From Eutreptiella sp. 'Long Island Sound 2002' (lineage: Eukaryota > Protista > Euglenida), in assembly GCA_964036045.1 (NCBI GenBank), contig OZ038378.1, forward strand, positions 105,214,001-105,278,000: a stretch of DNA of 64,000 nt. Direction: 5' to 3'. The position numbers and the translations under genes were made by a program. The notes below the pieces were generated by a model. That model saw only the letters and a program-made list of their open reading frames with translations, ran no database searches and had not been told where the DNA came from. Below are positions 62,176 through 64,000 of the stretch, one piece after another. How positions within the stretch are numbered: the first letter of the stretch is position 1; every line of letters starts with the position of its first letter.

Positions 62176-64000
62176 TACAATCCTGGAAAGCACAAAATGC
62201 ACCAAGTGGGTGCCATTTGAAAACAACTCTTCTCAACCTCATACAATTTTGAATTGTTAGCTAAATTGAGGATGCTTTTAACTACGTTGAGCTCAACATT
62301 GGTGTTTGCACTTTATGTCAAAACGGGCCCCTAGGGGTGTTTGCGTCCGCGCTTAAGCGGAGCGCGCACGCAAACACACACACACCCCAACACCCCAGCC
62401 AGGAGTGGCGGGGTGCAGCCGAATTCCGAGCCCAACCACAACCCAGACCCAAACACAAGCGCCACACAACAGTAGCAAACCCGGTGTCCATAGCCCGGGC
62501 ACTGAGGCAGCCCGTGCCATGCAGGTGACCCGGCCAAACGAGATCCGGAGACCGGGGGTAAGGCTGCATCCTAAGGCCTGCGCTGCTTTGGGACTTGAGG
62601 CGGAGCGTGCGACATCATAGCGCCTCGGAACCCCAGTACCAAGAACATGCATGCATGCCTTGGGAACGGGATACGCCAGGAAGTCCGGTGAACCTGTAGG
62701 GTTCCGCCCAAAGGAGGGGACGTGCGCAAGCACGGGGGCACACCCTCCCAGCGAGAGAAGCATGTTACGCTGGCGGCGATCAGCCCTCCCGGTGTTGCCC
62801 GGGGCCGCTTTGTTGGGGGCCACCAGTCAGGTCTGGCGGGATGTAAGCCGCCTCCCCTCTCCATGCGCGGAGCCTCTTCCTGCTCGTCACAGGGGCGACG
62901 CCAGGGGGAACCATGGGGCGCCTCTCCACGACCCAGTGCACCTACCTACCTACCTGGAATCAGCAATGGCTTTATAGTCTACTACCTGCTCCTGAAATGC
63001 TACAGGTTCCAGCTTGATGCCGCTCGGGATTGTCCTGTCAATACCCTGGCAGAATGCTCCGAGCCCACTGTCCTGCAGGAAGTGGAAATGAACCCTAATC
63101 CTCCCCCTCCAGTGGATGAGGAGACTCCTGGAGTGGGCAATCCCACTGCACAATGGGCGACATGGGTGGCCACCATCACGCAAAAGTTGGCCTGATTGGG
63201 ACAGCAAGTGGCCGCAGCGGCTGTAGCGGTTCAGCAGGTCACGACAGTGGCCACAGTCATGTCAGAGACACGCAACGCAGGCTTGGGAGGGGAGCAGCCT
63301 TTACTCTCTCCTCCCAAGCAGCAGTTGACTACCCCGCCCAAGCCCAAACCTTTAATGGTTTGCCAGTGCGTCTCGGTAGCATTAGTGGCGCGCGATAAGC
63401 AGTTTCATTGTGACGATTCACATTGTTCAGTGCAGGAATATGAGGACAGAATCGAGGAACCACAATACGCAGTTTTTCCTCCGACAGCGCGTCCATACTC
63501 CACGGACTAGATAACCATAGCCCAGACTAGGTACAAACCCCGGTCCCGCGGTAACCCCCCTTCTAATACGTCCGGGGACACAGTTCCCCAGTTCATACCC
63601 CCCCCCCCCCGCAGTTGAGCCTCCGCTGCTTAGGTGCGAGTGCGTCAGGAGGTGTGGGTGTCATTTAGATATAGACCCCAACAGCGGTACCGAGAGCGAG
63701 CGAGGGTTAACCGAGGCCGTGTTCGAAGAAGAGGAGCCCGTCTTCGCGCGGCCCATCAAAACCTCCTTCCCCGTAAACACCGTATTATCAGACAGTTTCA
63801 ACGGGAAACGGGGATATCACCAGAACCATAACAGCCGATGGAGGAGAGAGGCCCTTTCAGAACCCCCCACGGACCAACCCGAGCTTCCCAGAACGGAACC
63901 CACCACGGACAGTTAGGTTCTCCAGCGGTACGGGGGCTTCCAGGCGTCCAGCTCAGGTACTACCTCCGTGACACCTGTCTGCAGGCAGCACACGCCGCTC

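Larger units (their letters stand above)
50099..62331 (-). mobile_element. 12.2-kb TIR DNA transposon, superfamily unassigned, two-gene organisation
   Basis: Perfect 16-bp TIR: ggggcccgttttgaca (50099-50114) and tgtcaaaacgggcccc (62316-62331). It is flanked by TA at 50097-98 and 62332-33, which is equivalent to a CTAG duplication with a 15-bp TIR. tgcaac/gttgca-rich subterminal tracts occur at both ends. Confidence 0.85.
49847..62953 (+). mobile_element. (CTAC)n-tailed retroposon fragment (own length ~0.87 kb) expanded to 13.1 kb by nested insertions
   Basis: 17-bp TSD ctggaatcagc(g/a)atggc at 49830-49846 and 62954-62970. The 3' end reads cacctacctacctac. An internal 62/65-bp alternating repeat (gccaggagtgg at 49881, 49946, 50008, 50073) resumes at 62398. 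Confidence 0.75.
43541..64000 (+). mobile_element. Ty3/Gypsy-like LTR retrotransposon (gag-protease-pol start), interrupted by nested insertions and continuing beyond the window
   Basis: One reading frame runs from 46328 to 49846 and resumes at 62954 across a TSD. It contains a capsid-like RPVFSGHWATF..LWDRY segment, two zinc knuckles and a protease-like segment. Confidence 0.65.

Overview
Eukaryotic, repeat-dense genomic DNA. It has spliceosomal GT-AG introns, long G/C homopolymers and minisatellites. I see no operon, rRNA, tRNA or CRISPR array. The only host gene I can support is the last three exons (7595-7672, 8400-8471, 8615-8803, +) of a peptidase M16 protein (mitochondrial processing peptidase / bc1 core-like). 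The rest is mostly decayed mobile DNA. (i) A Mutator-like TIR element (3941-7465, 9-bp TSD) carries SWIM-like and Ulp1/C48 protease remnants and sits in an intron of that gene. (ii) A ~3.3-kb unit holding a locally inverted Ty3/Gypsy pol fragment is triplicated in tandem (11434-20643). (iii) A compound satellite-like array spans 21800-27590. (iv) A four-level nest spans ~43541-64000: a Gypsy-like gag-pro element contains a (CTAC)n-tailed retroposon (17-bp TSD), which contains a 12.2-kb TIR DNA transposon (16-bp TIR, TA/CTAG target duplication), which contains a 7.3-kb GC-rich non-LTR-like insertion (14-bp TSD). The best novelty candidate is the 12.2-kb TIR element. Its spliced DDE-type transposase resembles the Transib/RAG1-CMC group (GDG, LGxD, CxxH, ExLN), but its GGGGCCC termini and TA/CTAG target fit no superfamily I know with that enzyme. 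All family assignments come from motif recognition by eye, and most long ORFs in the supplied track are by-products of GC-rich repeats.
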